From contig JAVZHQ010000001.1 of assembly GCA_038998335.1 (NCBI GenBank), positions 160,001 through 224,000 on the forward strand: a stretch of DNA of 64,000 bases, written 5' to 3'. Below the pieces are notes generated by a model. It was not told the DNA's origin. It searched no databases and saw only the letters and a program-made list of their open reading frames with translations. A program made the position numbers and the translations under genes. Below, piece after piece: positions 17,724-27,944 of this stretch (position 1 is the stretch's first letter; every line of letters starts with the position of its first letter). This DNA comes from Candidatus Aenigmatarchaeota archaeon (GTDB lineage Archaea; Aenigmatarchaeota; Aenigmatarchaeia; CG10238-14; SCSR01).

Positions 17724-18560
17724 TTAACTTTTGAAGAGAATTTCTTTCGCTTTTTCTATAAGTATTCTTAGTTTTTTCTTCTGGACTTTTGTTCTTTTAC
17801 ACAGTTCTTCCAGGTTCTCTTCGAGGAGTTGCTTAAGCAAGACAATTCCTATACTAGTAAGCTTTTCCCTACTTTTTTCGTCCAGATCTTTTAAAATAGT
17901 TATAGGATAAAGCTTTTTTTCCTCTATAAGCCTTTCCAGACCTTTTTCTTCTGGATAATTCCATCCTATAAAACCAATCCCCTTACACGAAGCATACTTT
18001 TTTGCATGCTCGGAAAATTTGGTATTGCAAACTATTAGAATTTTGTCAAAATCCAAAGAATTTTTTCCTATTTTTCTTCCTTCTTTTATGTCTTCAAGTA
18101 TAGCCTGAGCCTCAAGAAAAACGTCTTTACCAGTATAGGCATGATGATTGAAGTGATGCTTGATTTCAACCAAAAACGTTTGATTATCTTTTTTTGCTAT
18201 AGCATCAATCTCATGATCAACACAATAACCTTCAACTATTTGGTTTGGAGTAACCTCATAACCATATTCTTTTAAAAGAAGCTGAATAAACCTCTCAAAG
18301 TCAGGTTTTGGGCTAAGCAAAGAAATAGCTTCTCTCAAGTCTATTTGATGCTTTATTTCTGGTTTAAATTTTTGTAAGAACTTGAAAATCATCCTAAGAA
18401 TTTTTCTTGTTTCTACTCCATCATAAATTCTTTTCTCAATTTCTCTAGCTATTAGTTCTGCTTGTTCTTGTGAAATTCCCATTCTTAAACAAGTTCTTAT
18501 AACTTTTTCCTTTTTGAATTCTTCTTTTCTTCCGTCAGCTTTTGTTACAAAAACCATCAA
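17724..18560 (-). CDS. ATP-cone plus Mrr-like PD-(D/E)xK nuclease protein
   Basis: VTKADGRKEEF ATP cone; HEIDAIA...VEIKHH; NTKFS. Confidence 0.85.
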   Translation of the reverse strand: MMVFVTKADGRKEEFKKEKVIRTCLRMGISQEQAELIAREIEKRIYDGVETRKILRMIFKFLQKFKPEIKHQIDLREAISLLSPKPDFERFIQLLLKEYGYEVTPNQIVEGYCVDHEIDAIAKKDNQTFLVEIKHHFNHHAYTGKDVFLEAQAILEDIKEGRKIGKNSLDFDKILIVCNTKFSEHAKKYASCKGIGFIGWNYPEEKGLERLIEEKKLYPITILKDLDEKSREKLTSIGIVLLKQLLEENLEELCKRTKVQKKKLRILIEKAKEILFKS

Positions 18561-18588
18561 ATTAATTTTAAGCTTTCAACTAATAAAT

Positions 18589-18726
18589 ATGCCAAAAAAG
18601 GTTTTGAGATGTGCTATATGCAGAAGTAAAGACTTAAACTACTTACCTTGGCTAGGACAAGTTTATGAGTGTAGGAATTGTGGTTACAGAGGACCTTTAT
18701 TCATAGAAAAAAAGAAAAAATCATAA
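18589..18726 (+). CDS. Small Zn-ribbon protein (45 aa)
   Basis: CAICRS...YECRNCGYRGP. Confidence 0.75.
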   Translation: MPKKVLRCAICRSKDLNYLPWLGQVYECRNCGYRGPLFIEKKKKS

Positions 18727-20619
18727 AACCAATTTACCCTTTCCGTAAGGTATATGCCTTTTTATTTCTTCTAATTCTATTTTTTCAACTAAATTTTTAA
18801 TTTCAAAAGGAACTTTTAACAGCAATTCCCTTTTTATTTCTCTTGCTAACTCTTCTGAGCTAACATCTCCTGGACAAATCGTAACTATATAAGGAGTTTG
18901 TTTTTTTATTGCTGTTACTGGTCCAGCTATGATTTTTATACCATCTTCAATTTTTAGCCCAATCGAAACTCTAAGCAAAACCTTCTTAAGCCATTCTCTT
19001 TTCCCTTTAATCTTAAAACTTCCTAAAGGCAAGGCTTCCTTCACAACTTGCTCAGGCTTTACATAAAAAACATCTATGGTACCCAAACCTAAAAGCCAAG
19101 CTTTAGAGTAGCTGGCAGCAAACTCTGCTGCTTCCATTATAGTTTCCATAGGTATTTCTTTCTTTTTTTCATTTCTTATTAGAACAAAAGGTGCTCCACG
19201 AATGTCTGCATGAAGTATCAAATCCTTTTCTCTTGAGTATTTTTTTACTATTTCCTCGTTGGTTTTAGCATCTTTACCAGCTATAATTAAGAAATTGTCA
19301 CTACTTATAAACCATCTAAACCTTTCATACCATTCTTTTTTCTCTTCTTTTCCTTTTACTTTCTCTTCACTTTTAATTTTTTCGGCAGCTTTTTTCAATT
19401 TCTCAATCTTTTCTTTAACTTTTTTCGCTTTACTAAAGTAAAAGTTTGCGTTTTCTTCTAAACTTTTCCTAAAATCTACTTCTATTTCATTTCCGTCGAT
19501 TAAAAAAGTTAGAGAAGCTTTGGCTTGATTTATTTCTTTAAGAATTTTTTCTTTGTCCAAAGCTTTAACTTTTGCTTTAATTTCTTCCCAACTAAGCTTT
19601 TTTTCTCTCATTTCAACAATTTTTTTCAGAAAAAAGTCAAGCGCTTGGTATTTTTCGTAGAGGATTTTCCCAATTTTTCTGTATTTTTCGTAATTTTTTT
19701 CGAGTTTTTCAAGTTGAGCCATTTGTTTTTCATAAATTTTTTCAATTTTTTCTTCACTTTTTTTTAGTTCCTTGATTTTTTCCTCAATTTTTCCGAATTC
19801 TAAGAGAGATTCAAAGTAACTTTCAACAGCTTGATTAAAACTTTCAAGATAAATTTTTTCTTTTTCTTTGAATTTTTCTGTCTCGAAAGGGAAAAACTCA
19901 ACGATTTTTTTATTTTCTAGAATAACGTGCGGTTTAATCTCAACATTTTTAAGCTCCTCAAAAAACCTAAAGAGTTTATCGATTTCGTTTTGATCCAATT
20001 CTGAGCAGATTTTTTCTTTTTTTATTCCTAATCTTTCACAAATTTCTTCTGCGTACTTCCTTGACAAACCAAAATCTAAAGCTAAAACCTTAACTATTTC
20101 ATTCTTTTTTTCTTTCAAAGTCTTTTGAAAGTCAAAAAAGCTTTTATCGAAAGGATTTATACAAGAAGGAGGATACCTGTACAAAGCTTTTGGCAATATT
20201 TTTCTATCTTTCCACTCTCTTTTTTCGAAAGCAGTTATTATCAAGCCAGAAGAATTTACTAAAATTAAGTTCCCATTCCTGAAAATTTCAAAAATTAGCC
20301 TTAAGCCGTTAATTTCCAGCTCGACAATTCTGTCAAAACCAACTTGAAAAACGTTCCCTATAGTTTTTCCCAACAAATATTTTCTAAGTTGCATGCAAAA
20401 ACTAGTTGCTTTTTCGAATTTTTCCTTTTTTTTGGTTAAATAAATTGTTTTATCAAGCAAGACTTTAAGAAAAAACCTTTCTTTTTTGTAGATTTCGAAT
20501 AAAAAGGTTTTGTTCTCTTGTTTAATCCCTTGAATTTTCCCTCCTTCTAAGGCTTCTTTAAGCTCTTTTACCAAAAATCTCAAATCCAAGCTTGTTATTT
20601 CTTCGCTCATTTCAATCAA
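18721..20619 (-). CDS. rqcH: Ribosome quality control protein Rqc2/NEMF (RqcH)
   Basis: NFACT-N (FCMQLRK, FDRIV), coiled coil, WYERFRWF, GKDAKTNE, HADIRGAP. Confidence 0.9.
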   Translation of the reverse strand: MIEMSEEITSLDLRFLVKELKEALEGGKIQGIKQENKTFLFEIYKKERFFLKVLLDKTIYLTKKKEKFEKATSFCMQLRKYLLGKTIGNVFQVGFDRIVELEINGLRLIFEIFRNGNLILVNSSGLIITAFEKREWKDRKILPKALYRYPPSCINPFDKSFFDFQKTLKEKKNEIVKVLALDFGLSRKYAEEICERLGIKKEKICSELDQNEIDKLFRFFEELKNVEIKPHVILENKKIVEFFPFETEKFKEKEKIYLESFNQAVESYFESLLEFGKIEEKIKELKKSEEKIEKIYEKQMAQLEKLEKNYEKYRKIGKILYEKYQALDFFLKKIVEMREKKLSWEEIKAKVKALDKEKILKEINQAKASLTFLIDGNEIEVDFRKSLEENANFYFSKAKKVKEKIEKLKKAAEKIKSEEKVKGKEEKKEWYERFRWFISSDNFLIIAGKDAKTNEEIVKKYSREKDLILHADIRGAPFVLIRNEKKKEIPMETIMEAAEFAASYSKAWLLGLGTIDVFYVKPEQVVKEALPLGSFKIKGKREWLKKVLLRVSIGLKIEDGIKIIAGPVTAIKKQTPYIVTICPGDVSSEELAREIKRELLLKVPFEIKNLVEKIELEEIKRHIPYGKGKLVL

Positions 20620-20699
20620 AATAAATTTTAAGAAGAGATAAAGTTAAAGCTTTAACTCAAGCAAAATTTTTAAATAATTCTTTTTTTCTAAAAAAAGAT

Positions 20700-21191
20700 A
20701 TGAGCAAATACAAAAGACCAAGCTGGGATGATTATTTTCTGGAGATTGCGAAAGTTGTTGGTACAAGAGCAACATGCGATAGAGGAAGAAACGGGGCAGT
20801 TATAGTAAAGGATAAAAGAATTTTGACTACAGGCTACGTAGGAGCACCTTCTGGTTTACCACATTGCGACGATGTTGGACATTTATTAACTGAAACTGTA
20901 GATCCAGTAACAGGGAAAAAGAAAAAACATTGTATAAGAACTACTCATGCTGAACAAAATGCAATAGTTCAAGCTGCTTTGCATGGCGTTTCCACGAAAG
21001 ATGCAACTCTGTACGTGAAATTTGTACCTTGCTTTACTTGCGCAAAGATGATAATAAATGCAGGAATTAAAAGAGTGGTAGCAGAAAAAGACTATCACGA
21101 CTCAGCTTTGACAAAAAAATTCTTTAAAGAAGCAGGAGTTAAGCTTGAAATAAAGAAAAAAGAAGTGGAAAAGTATCCAGACCAAGAATAA
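20700..21191 (+). CDS. dCMP deaminase family
   Basis: RPSWDDYF, HAEQNA, PCFTC. Confidence 0.93.
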   Translation: MSKYKRPSWDDYFLEIAKVVGTRATCDRGRNGAVIVKDKRILTTGYVGAPSGLPHCDDVGHLLTETVDPVTGKKKKHCIRTTHAEQNAIVQAALHGVSTKDATLYVKFVPCFTCAKMIINAGIKRVVAEKDYHDSALTKKFFKEAGVKLEIKKKEVEKYPDQE

Positions 21192-21195
21192 TTTT

Positions 21196-21702
21196 TCATA
21201 TTTTCTTTTCTCCCAGAACTTTTTCTTCTAGAATCTTTTTTAATTCCTCTGTACTTTTTCCAAAATATCTTTCAAATTCAGGCGTAGTCGTGATAGTTTT
21301 TGTTCTCCCAGCCTTTTCTGTTTTAATTAAACCTTTTTTTTCCAAAGCTTCTACATAACCATAAGCCTTGTTTCCTTGGTACTTTACTATTAAAGACTGT
21401 TTTATAGGCTGCTTCACAGCAACTATTGCTAAGGTTCTCATCATCCCATTACTTAAATCAGCAAAAGGAGCAAGCTTAGCTACTTTTTCCCTATACTCTT
21501 TTTTAACTCTTAACTCAAAGCCTTCTGGTGTTTCAACCAACTCTACGCCTCTATCTTCTTTACTTAACTCTTTTTTCAACTCCTCTAAAAGCTTTTTAAC
21601 TTCTTCTTCTGAGCCTATTCCAACTACTTTTGAAAGTTTTTCCAGGCTTAAAGGTCTGTCAGAAACGAATAGCGCAGCTTCAAGTAAAGCTTTTAGGTTC
21701 AT
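21196..21702 (-). CDS. scpB: SMC-Scp complex subunit ScpB
   Basis: LEAALF, TLAIVAVKQPI, TTPEFERYFG. Confidence 0.93.
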   Translation of the reverse strand: MNLKALLEAALFVSDRPLSLEKLSKVVGIGSEEEVKKLLEELKKELSKEDRGVELVETPEGFELRVKKEYREKVAKLAPFADLSNGMMRTLAIVAVKQPIKQSLIVKYQGNKAYGYVEALEKKGLIKTEKAGRTKTITTTPEFERYFGKSTEELKKILEEKVLGEKKI

Positions 21703-21762
21703 TTTCTCTTAAATATTTAATTTTTTTTGAAAAATTTAAGCATAGAAATCAAAATTTTAATT

Positions 21763-21939
21763 ATGATGGAACTAACAAAACTAAGAGTTTACAAATTCTT
21801 GGTAATTTTCTACGAGAAGTTACATTCGATTGAGAAAATTTTCTTTGGAAGCGAATATTTTTATAAAAAAGCAGAAAAAATTTGTTGCAAAGCTGAAAAA
21901 ATAATCAAAAATTACAAAAGTTTGAAAAGATTTGAGTAA
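21763..21939 (+). CDS. Possible small hypothetical protein
   Basis: ORF only; no motif. Confidence 0.25.
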   Translation: MMELTKLRVYKFLVIFYEKLHSIEKIFFGSEYFYKKAEKICCKAEKIIKNYKSLKRFE

Positions 21940-22154
21940 AGTTGTAGCCTAACTACTCTTTTTAAATAGTTAGAGAATTTATTATTAATCAATTAATATA
22001 AAAATTTAATAATACTTTTTTCTTTTTTTAGATAATTAATTTATGTTTAAAATAAATTCAATAAGTAAAAAATTAAATGAAATTTTCTTTGCGTTTAAAA
22101 CTTTTACAGCTATTCAAATTTTTTTTCAAAAAAATTGAAAAAATAAGAAAAAAA

Positions 22155-22440
22155 TTACTTGGTTTTTGCTATTTTGTGCCTATTATGAAAACTACTAGCA
22201 AAATAACAATCCAATTAACTAGCTGTCTTATAAATCTCCTATTAAAAACTTAGATTTTCCTACCTCTATGACTAATTCTGGGTTTAAAAAAATCAAGATA
22301 AGGACTGTATATGGGAGTTATTATGTCTGTTACTAGTGCTTGAACTAGTTGGGCTGTTGCAATACTAAGACAAAAGCTAAAGCTACTGCTATCACGTTCT
22401 GTTTTTTCATAAAATCCATGAATTCTTTAAGAAAACTCAT
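22155..22440 (-). pseudogene. mscL: MscL-like mechanosensitive channel with several frameshifts
   Basis: Fragments in different frames: MSFLKEFMDFMKKQNVIAVALAFV / IATAQLVQALVTDIITP / GKSKFLIGD / IRQLVNWIVILLVVFII. Confidence 0.8.
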
Positions 22441-22501
22441 TTGTTCAGCTGAACTTATATAATGAACTTTAAGCTTAATTAACTTACTAACTTAAGCTTA
22501 C

Positions 22502-23188
22502 TCATGATTTTTTGGTTATGAAAATATCCTTAAAAAAATCTTCTTGCTCAGTAACTACTTTTTCGTTTTGCTCTAAATGAAGCAAGGGAACAAAATGGTC
22601 TATTATTTGGTCTCTGTTCCAATCTTCAACTATTTGACTAAACTTTATTTTATTAGCTTTTAACTTTTGCATAAGCTCATCAATTTCATTCATCACATGA
22701 TTAATCTTTTTTGTTATGTCTTCCTCGCTTATTTGGGCCTGAATTCTAGCTCTCCACATAACTCTTCTTTGGATTTTTCTTTCTCTTACTGCCAAAGCCT
22801 TTCTTAAGGCATTGATAAGCTCTTCTAAGGTTACTTGTCTTTTTGGAATTCTTTTCATAGGCAAGCCTAGTTGAACTAAGTTTGGGTCTATACCTAAGTC
22901 AACAAAAGGCTGTGCCTTGGCAACTTCTTCTACAGTCTCTTCTTCTTCGAACAAAGACAAATAATCTGCCTTAAGTCTAAGGAGAACTGCTGCTACAAAA
23001 ACAATTTTTGCGGGAATTCTAAAATCAAGCTCCTGAATTTTTTGAATATATCTTAAAAAACTATCAGCCAACTTAACCAAATCTATATCCCATGGGTTAA
23101 GGTTTTCTATACTTACTATATGATAAATTACTTCTTCCCAGCTTTCTTTCTTAAGAATTAAATCTAAGATATTTTCTTCTTGATTCAT
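22502..23188 (-). CDS. scpA: Kleisin ScpA
   Basis: LNPWDIDL, AAVLLRLKA, RQVTLEELINAL, FVPLLHL. Confidence 0.93.
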   Translation of the reverse strand: MNQEENILDLILKKESWEEVIYHIVSIENLNPWDIDLVKLADSFLRYIQKIQELDFRIPAKIVFVAAVLLRLKADYLSLFEEEETVEEVAKAQPFVDLGIDPNLVQLGLPMKRIPKRQVTLEELINALRKALAVRERKIQRRVMWRARIQAQISEEDITKKINHVMNEIDELMQKLKANKIKFSQIVEDWNRDQIIDHFVPLLHLEQNEKVVTEQEDFFKDIFITKKS

Positions 23189-25668
23189 CCTGGCATCTCC
23201 AAACCTAATATTTTTGACTCACCTCTATCCATGGTTACACCATAAACCCTATCCCCATACTTGATAGTTTCATCGTTATGAGTTATAACGATAAACTGAG
23301 CTTCTTTTGAAAGAGATTTTATCAATTCAGCAACTTTTCTTGAGTTTTCTTTGTCCAAAGCAGCATCAACTTCATCTAAAATGTAAAATGGAGCAGGCCT
23401 ATAGCTCTGAACAGCAAAGATAAAAGCTAAGGCAGTTAAAGCCTTTTCTCCTCCTGAAAGTGAATCTATGTTAAGTAAAGTCTTTCCTCCTGGGTTTGCT
23501 TGAATTATTAATCCTGACTCTAAATCTAAAGGATTCTCTAGCTCAAGGCTTGCGCTTCCGCCTGTCATCTTCTTGAATATTTGATTGAACTTTTCGCTCA
23601 ACTCTTTCAAGCATTTGTTAAAGACTTCTCTTCTTTTCTCTTCTATTTTTTCGATCATGTCTAGAACAGCTTTTTTCTCTTCTAATATTTTTTCATACTT
23701 TTTCTTGTACTCATCAAACTCAGCTTTAAACTTCTCGTATTGTTCTATAGCTTTAAAGTTTACTGCTCCCAAAGAGTTAAGCTCTTTAACAGTTTGTTCT
23801 ATAGCTTCTTCTAAAGCCTTAATTCCTTTTTCTATTGGTTTAATTTCACCATACTGCAAAGCTTCTACTTTTAAAGTTTCAAGCTCAGCTTCAATCTTCG
23901 CTTTCTGGATTTTTAGCTTGTTCAGCTTTGTTTGAATGTTAAGTCTTTTTTCATAAGCTCTTTTTCTCTCGTTTCTAAGTTTATCAAGCTCAAACTCAGA
24001 ATCTACCTTAATTTTCTCAAGGTCGATTATTTCCTTAGTCTCTTCTGCTTGGGAATACTTCTTCAACTTTTCCTCAAGCTCTTTTATTTCATTTTTCAAA
24101 ATTTCGTTTTCCTCTTGAAGCTTTTTCTTAAGCTTAAGATATTCTTCAACTTCTTCCTTAGCAGTTTCTACAGCTATTCTTGGATGTTTTCTTACAAGAT
24201 AACCTCCTGTCATAGCTCCACTTCTTTCTATCAAATCTCCGTCTAAGGTGACCATCCTAACCTTTCCAATTCCTATTGCTCTTGCAACCTCTAGATTTTC
24301 AACCAAAAGAGTGTCGCCAAAAACAAACTCTATAGCTGGTAAAATTTTTTGCTCGCACTTAATAACTTTTGCAACGCTTCCAAAAGCTCCTTTTATCCTG
24401 AAAGATTTTTCCTCAAGCTTTCTTGGTTTAATTTTGTTTAAAGGAATGAAAGTTGCCCTTCCTATCTTTTCTCTTTTAAGATAGTCTATGCAAAAACTTG
24501 CTATTTCATCATTCTCTACTATTATATCGTTAAGATGAGGACCTGCTGCAATCTCTACAGCAAGCTGATAATCTTGCGAAGTTTTTATCAAATTTTTCAA
24601 AGTTCCAAGAACTCCTTTTAAATTAAGGCTTAGTATTGCTTTCACGCTTGCTGGCACTTCTTCTTCTCTGACTTCAATAGTTTGTAACTTTTCTATTAGC
24701 CTATCTAACCTTTCTATTTCTTTCAAGTTTGAGTCAAGTTTATCCTTGTTGAAAAGGATTTTTGTTCTTAAGTAAGAAATTTCTTTCTCTACCTCAACTT
24801 TTTTTGAAATTTGAATGAGCTTGTCAGCAAGCTCTCTTATGCTTTTTTCTTTTTTCTCTAATTCTTCTTCTATCCTTTCAAGTTCTTCCTGAACTTTTTT
24901 ATTCTCTTCTTCCTCTTTTGCTATTTCCTGATCTAAAGTTTTCTGCATTTCTTCAAAGTTTTTTATTTTTCTAAAAATCAAGGAAGCTTTAAGAGTTTGT
25001 AATTGCTTTTGCAAAGTTTGGTATCTTATCGCAGCGTTTCTCTCTTCTTCTAATCTTTTAAAAATCTCATAGCGTTCAGTAATTATTATTTCTGCTTCCT
25101 TTAACTTTTGGTCTACTGCCTCTAATTCTCTTTGAGCTTTTTCTTTTTTATCATTATATTCAGCTATACCAGAAATTTCATCTATTATAAACCTTCTTTC
25201 CACAGGGTTCATTTCTATTATGTTTGTAACATCACCTTGCAGTATTATGTTATGACCATCAGGCCTAATTCTTGCTGAAGAAAGAACTTCTAGAATCTTT
25301 TCTCTTGTTGTAGTCCTTCCCTGAAGCTTGTAGATGGAAACTCCTTTTCTGTTAACTTTTCTTGTTATGGAAATTTCTGGTTCATCGAAAGGAAATTCTT
25401 TGTTCGAATTATCAAGGTACAAAGTTACAGAAGCATACTGAGCAGGAGCTTTTCCATTACCACCATGAAAAATAAGCTCGTGAAGCCTTTCTGCTCTTAA
25501 ACTTTTTGCTGAAATTCTTCCTAAAACGAAGCATACAGAATCTACTATGTTTGATTTTCCGCTTCCGTTTGGGCCACAAATTATATTGAAACCTCTAAGT
25601 AAAGGTATTGAAATCTTCTTGTTGAAACTTTTAAAACCTTGTAAGGTTAGTCTTGTTATGCAAGTCAT
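23185..25668 (-). CDS. smc: Chromosome segregation ATPase Smc (short, 827 aa)
   Basis: GFKSF, GPNGSGKSN, hinge GRATFIPL and GDLIERSGAMTGG, LSGGE, DEVDAALD. Confidence 0.95.
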   Translation of the reverse strand: MTCITRLTLQGFKSFNKKISIPLLRGFNIICGPNGSGKSNIVDSVCFVLGRISAKSLRAERLHELIFHGGNGKAPAQYASVTLYLDNSNKEFPFDEPEISITRKVNRKGVSIYKLQGRTTTREKILEVLSSARIRPDGHNIILQGDVTNIIEMNPVERRFIIDEISGIAEYNDKKEKAQRELEAVDQKLKEAEIIITERYEIFKRLEEERNAAIRYQTLQKQLQTLKASLIFRKIKNFEEMQKTLDQEIAKEEEENKKVQEELERIEEELEKKEKSIRELADKLIQISKKVEVEKEISYLRTKILFNKDKLDSNLKEIERLDRLIEKLQTIEVREEEVPASVKAILSLNLKGVLGTLKNLIKTSQDYQLAVEIAAGPHLNDIIVENDEIASFCIDYLKREKIGRATFIPLNKIKPRKLEEKSFRIKGAFGSVAKVIKCEQKILPAIEFVFGDTLLVENLEVARAIGIGKVRMVTLDGDLIERSGAMTGGYLVRKHPRIAVETAKEEVEEYLKLKKKLQEENEILKNEIKELEEKLKKYSQAEETKEIIDLEKIKVDSEFELDKLRNERKRAYEKRLNIQTKLNKLKIQKAKIEAELETLKVEALQYGEIKPIEKGIKALEEAIEQTVKELNSLGAVNFKAIEQYEKFKAEFDEYKKKYEKILEEKKAVLDMIEKIEEKRREVFNKCLKELSEKFNQIFKKMTGGSASLELENPLDLESGLIIQANPGGKTLLNIDSLSGGEKALTALAFIFAVQSYRPAPFYILDEVDAALDKENSRKVAELIKSLSKEAQFIVITHNDETIKYGDRVYGVTMDRGESKILGLEMPG

Positions 25669-25773
25669 TACTTTTCACTTTGTAAGTTAAATAACCTGAT
25701 AACTCTCATATATTTATTGGAGTTTAAAACGCAAATATATTTCTGAGCAAAAAAATAATTAAAATTGAGTAGT

Positions 25774-26625
25774 ATGAAAGAAAAGCTTTTATTTTTCGTC
25801 TTATTCTTTTTATTAACTTTTTTGGTAAGCATAAACGGTATTCCTTTTGTCGAAGTTCCAGCAACGCTTAACGAATCTTTGGTAGAGATTTCAGTTTTCA
25901 AAATAAACGAAAAAGTTATAATAAGAGTAAACGTTAGCGATACAGAAAATGATGTTCAATACGTTTGGTTAAACTTAACCGCTAGTAATGGAACATTGGT
26001 TTTGATAAATGAACTTATGACTAATACTTCTATAGCTTGTGGTGAAAATTGTTCTGTTTGGGAGAAAAATTATACTATAGCTGGAGGGGAGCCTGCTGGA
26101 ACTTGGGTTATTAATGTTACGGCAAACGATACTTCTGGAAATACTGCTAGCAATTCAACAACTTTTAACGTTAGCAAGTATATTGAGCTAACAATTTCTC
26201 AGGCTTTGATAGAAGGTATATCCTTTGGTTTGGTTAATCCTGGAACTGTAGGTAAACCTGCTTTGAACAACTCAGGTTTGCCTAACGGCGGAACGCAATA
26301 TAACCTAACACTTGGTACTTCCTCAAACGTAAACGCTGATTTTTACCACAGAATAAACGAAACTCATTCAAGTATATACATAAATGAATCTTCAAGTAGA
26401 ACAAGTGAGCTTGAAGGGTTTTCTTCCAACACTACTTTATCAAGTGAATGGAAAATTATGGGCAATTCTTCGGTAAATTGTAGTGCAATATTTCCAGGAA
26501 ATAGTTGCTGGGTTAGGTATTTTATAGATGTAGAACAAGGTACTTCTTCTCAATATTTTGAAAGAAGGTATTGTTTTTGCGCTGTGTATGAAGGAGGAGA
26601 CTATTCACTTTGTGGATATTGTTAA
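25774..26625 (+). CDS. Secreted/surface protein (Ig-like domain plus C-terminal domain shared with the next gene)
   Basis: Signal peptide, many N-x-S/T sequons, VTANDTSGN. Confidence 0.7.
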   Translation: MKEKLLFFVLFFLLTFLVSINGIPFVEVPATLNESLVEISVFKINEKVIIRVNVSDTENDVQYVWLNLTASNGTLVLINELMTNTSIACGENCSVWEKNYTIAGGEPAGTWVINVTANDTSGNTASNSTTFNVSKYIELTISQALIEGISFGLVNPGTVGKPALNNSGLPNGGTQYNLTLGTSSNVNADFYHRINETHSSIYINESSSRTSELEGFSSNTTLSSEWKIMGNSSVNCSAIFPGNSCWVRYFIDVEQGTSSQYFERRYCFCAVYEGGDYSLCGYC

Positions 26626-26669
26626 CATTAGTGATAATCCTTATAAGATAAAAAAACCAAATTTTATTC

Positions 26670-27266
26670 ATGGTAGTAGAAATAAAACTTAGGTACCTTG
26701 TACCAGTAGTTGCATTTTTAGTGTTAGCGTGTATAGTTAAATCACAAGAGAAAATCACAGGTTCAACAGAAATATCAGCAAACGTAGGCCAATATCTTGC
26801 TCTAAATCTTTCCAGCGATCTTTCGGGAGGAATTTCTTTTTCTTCAGTAACCCCTGGAAGTCAAAATAATATGGCTACAGGCAATCAAGGACCCGATAAT
26901 TGTACAAAGTATTGGGTTGGAGTAGATCCATCTTCTAATCTGAATGTAAATATGTGGCATAAAGCAAATCAAAGTATGAAATACGGAATTAATGAGATAT
27001 CAATAGGAAACTTAACACACGAAGCAAACAAAACTAGTAACGGAGCAAATGTAGATATGGATTTGTGGAGCGATGGCCGATATCCCCTATCGCTACAATA
27101 CATGCCAATTGGTGGAACTCCTGAACCATGTCACGATCTTGCTCCTGGGGAAGCTTGCTTTATAGCTTTCTGGTTAGATGTTCCCGGCGGAGTGCCTAGT
27201 GGTAACTACAAGTCATACTATTGGTACTGTGCCAATGCAACTTCAGGGAGCACTTCATGTGAGTAA
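26670..27266 (+). CDS. Secreted/surface protein
   Basis: Signal peptide; GISFSSVTPG...SSN.N...H...C.......C resembles the preceding gene. Confidence 0.7.
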   Translation: MVVEIKLRYLVPVVAFLVLACIVKSQEKITGSTEISANVGQYLALNLSSDLSGGISFSSVTPGSQNNMATGNQGPDNCTKYWVGVDPSSNLNVNMWHKANQSMKYGINEISIGNLTHEANKTSNGANVDMDLWSDGRYPLSLQYMPIGGTPEPCHDLAPGEACFIAFWLDVPGGVPSGNYKSYYWYCANATSGSTSCE

Positions 27267-27275
27267 TGTTAGTAA

Positions 27276-27866
27276 CTAAGGAGTAATTTTAAGCTTTCTT
27301 TTTTTTACTAAAAAGAATAAGACTATTACTAAAACTATTAACATAATTGCTCCTAAAACTAAGGGGAAAGTGTTTAAAGGGTAGAAATTAACCCAAAAAT
27401 CTATAGGTTCTACTGTTGTAGCAGCTCCAACCTGACAAACTGCTTTTATAGCTCCTCTGTATTCTACTTTTTCCGGGTAAAGTTCAAAGCTAGGCTTGAA
27501 AGTGAATTCAATAGGACCTTTAAACTTTAAGCAAACAAGTCTTGCTTGGTTTGAAGTTAAAGAGCAGTTAGAAGCTATACATTCCCTTCTTCCTTCAGGC
27601 TCCGAAGGACAATCCAGAATATTTTCAGTTAACTGAAAAGGCTCTTGAGGCTCTAAAAATCTACTTATTTCTTTGCTCCCTTCTACTCTACAACTTATTG
27701 GAGAAGAATAAGTTGAGAACACGCAAGCAGCATCACAAATTTCTATGGAATCTAAAGCTTTAAGCTCTACACTCCCTTTAACAACCATTAGCCCTGCTTT
27801 TGCTGGGTAACTAAGCAAAGAAAAAAGAGCTATTAATAATAGAACAGATTTTCTAATCTCTCTCAC
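27276..27866 (-). CDS. Cys-rich secreted protein with C-terminal membrane anchor
   Basis: Signal peptide, C-terminal TM plus KKRK. Confidence 0.7.
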   Translation of the reverse strand: MREIRKSVLLLIALFSLLSYPAKAGLMVVKGSVELKALDSIEICDAACVFSTYSSPISCRVEGSKEISRFLEPQEPFQLTENILDCPSEPEGRRECIASNCSLTSNQARLVCLKFKGPIEFTFKPSFELYPEKVEYRGAIKAVCQVGAATTVEPIDFWVNFYPLNTFPLVLGAIMLIVLVIVLFFLVKKRKLKITP

Positions 27867-27944
27867 TTTTTATAATTCGAATGAGTAGCTTATATGCGTT
27901 TTGGTTTTTTTAATTATTTTAACCTCAGAAGAGAAAATATAATT

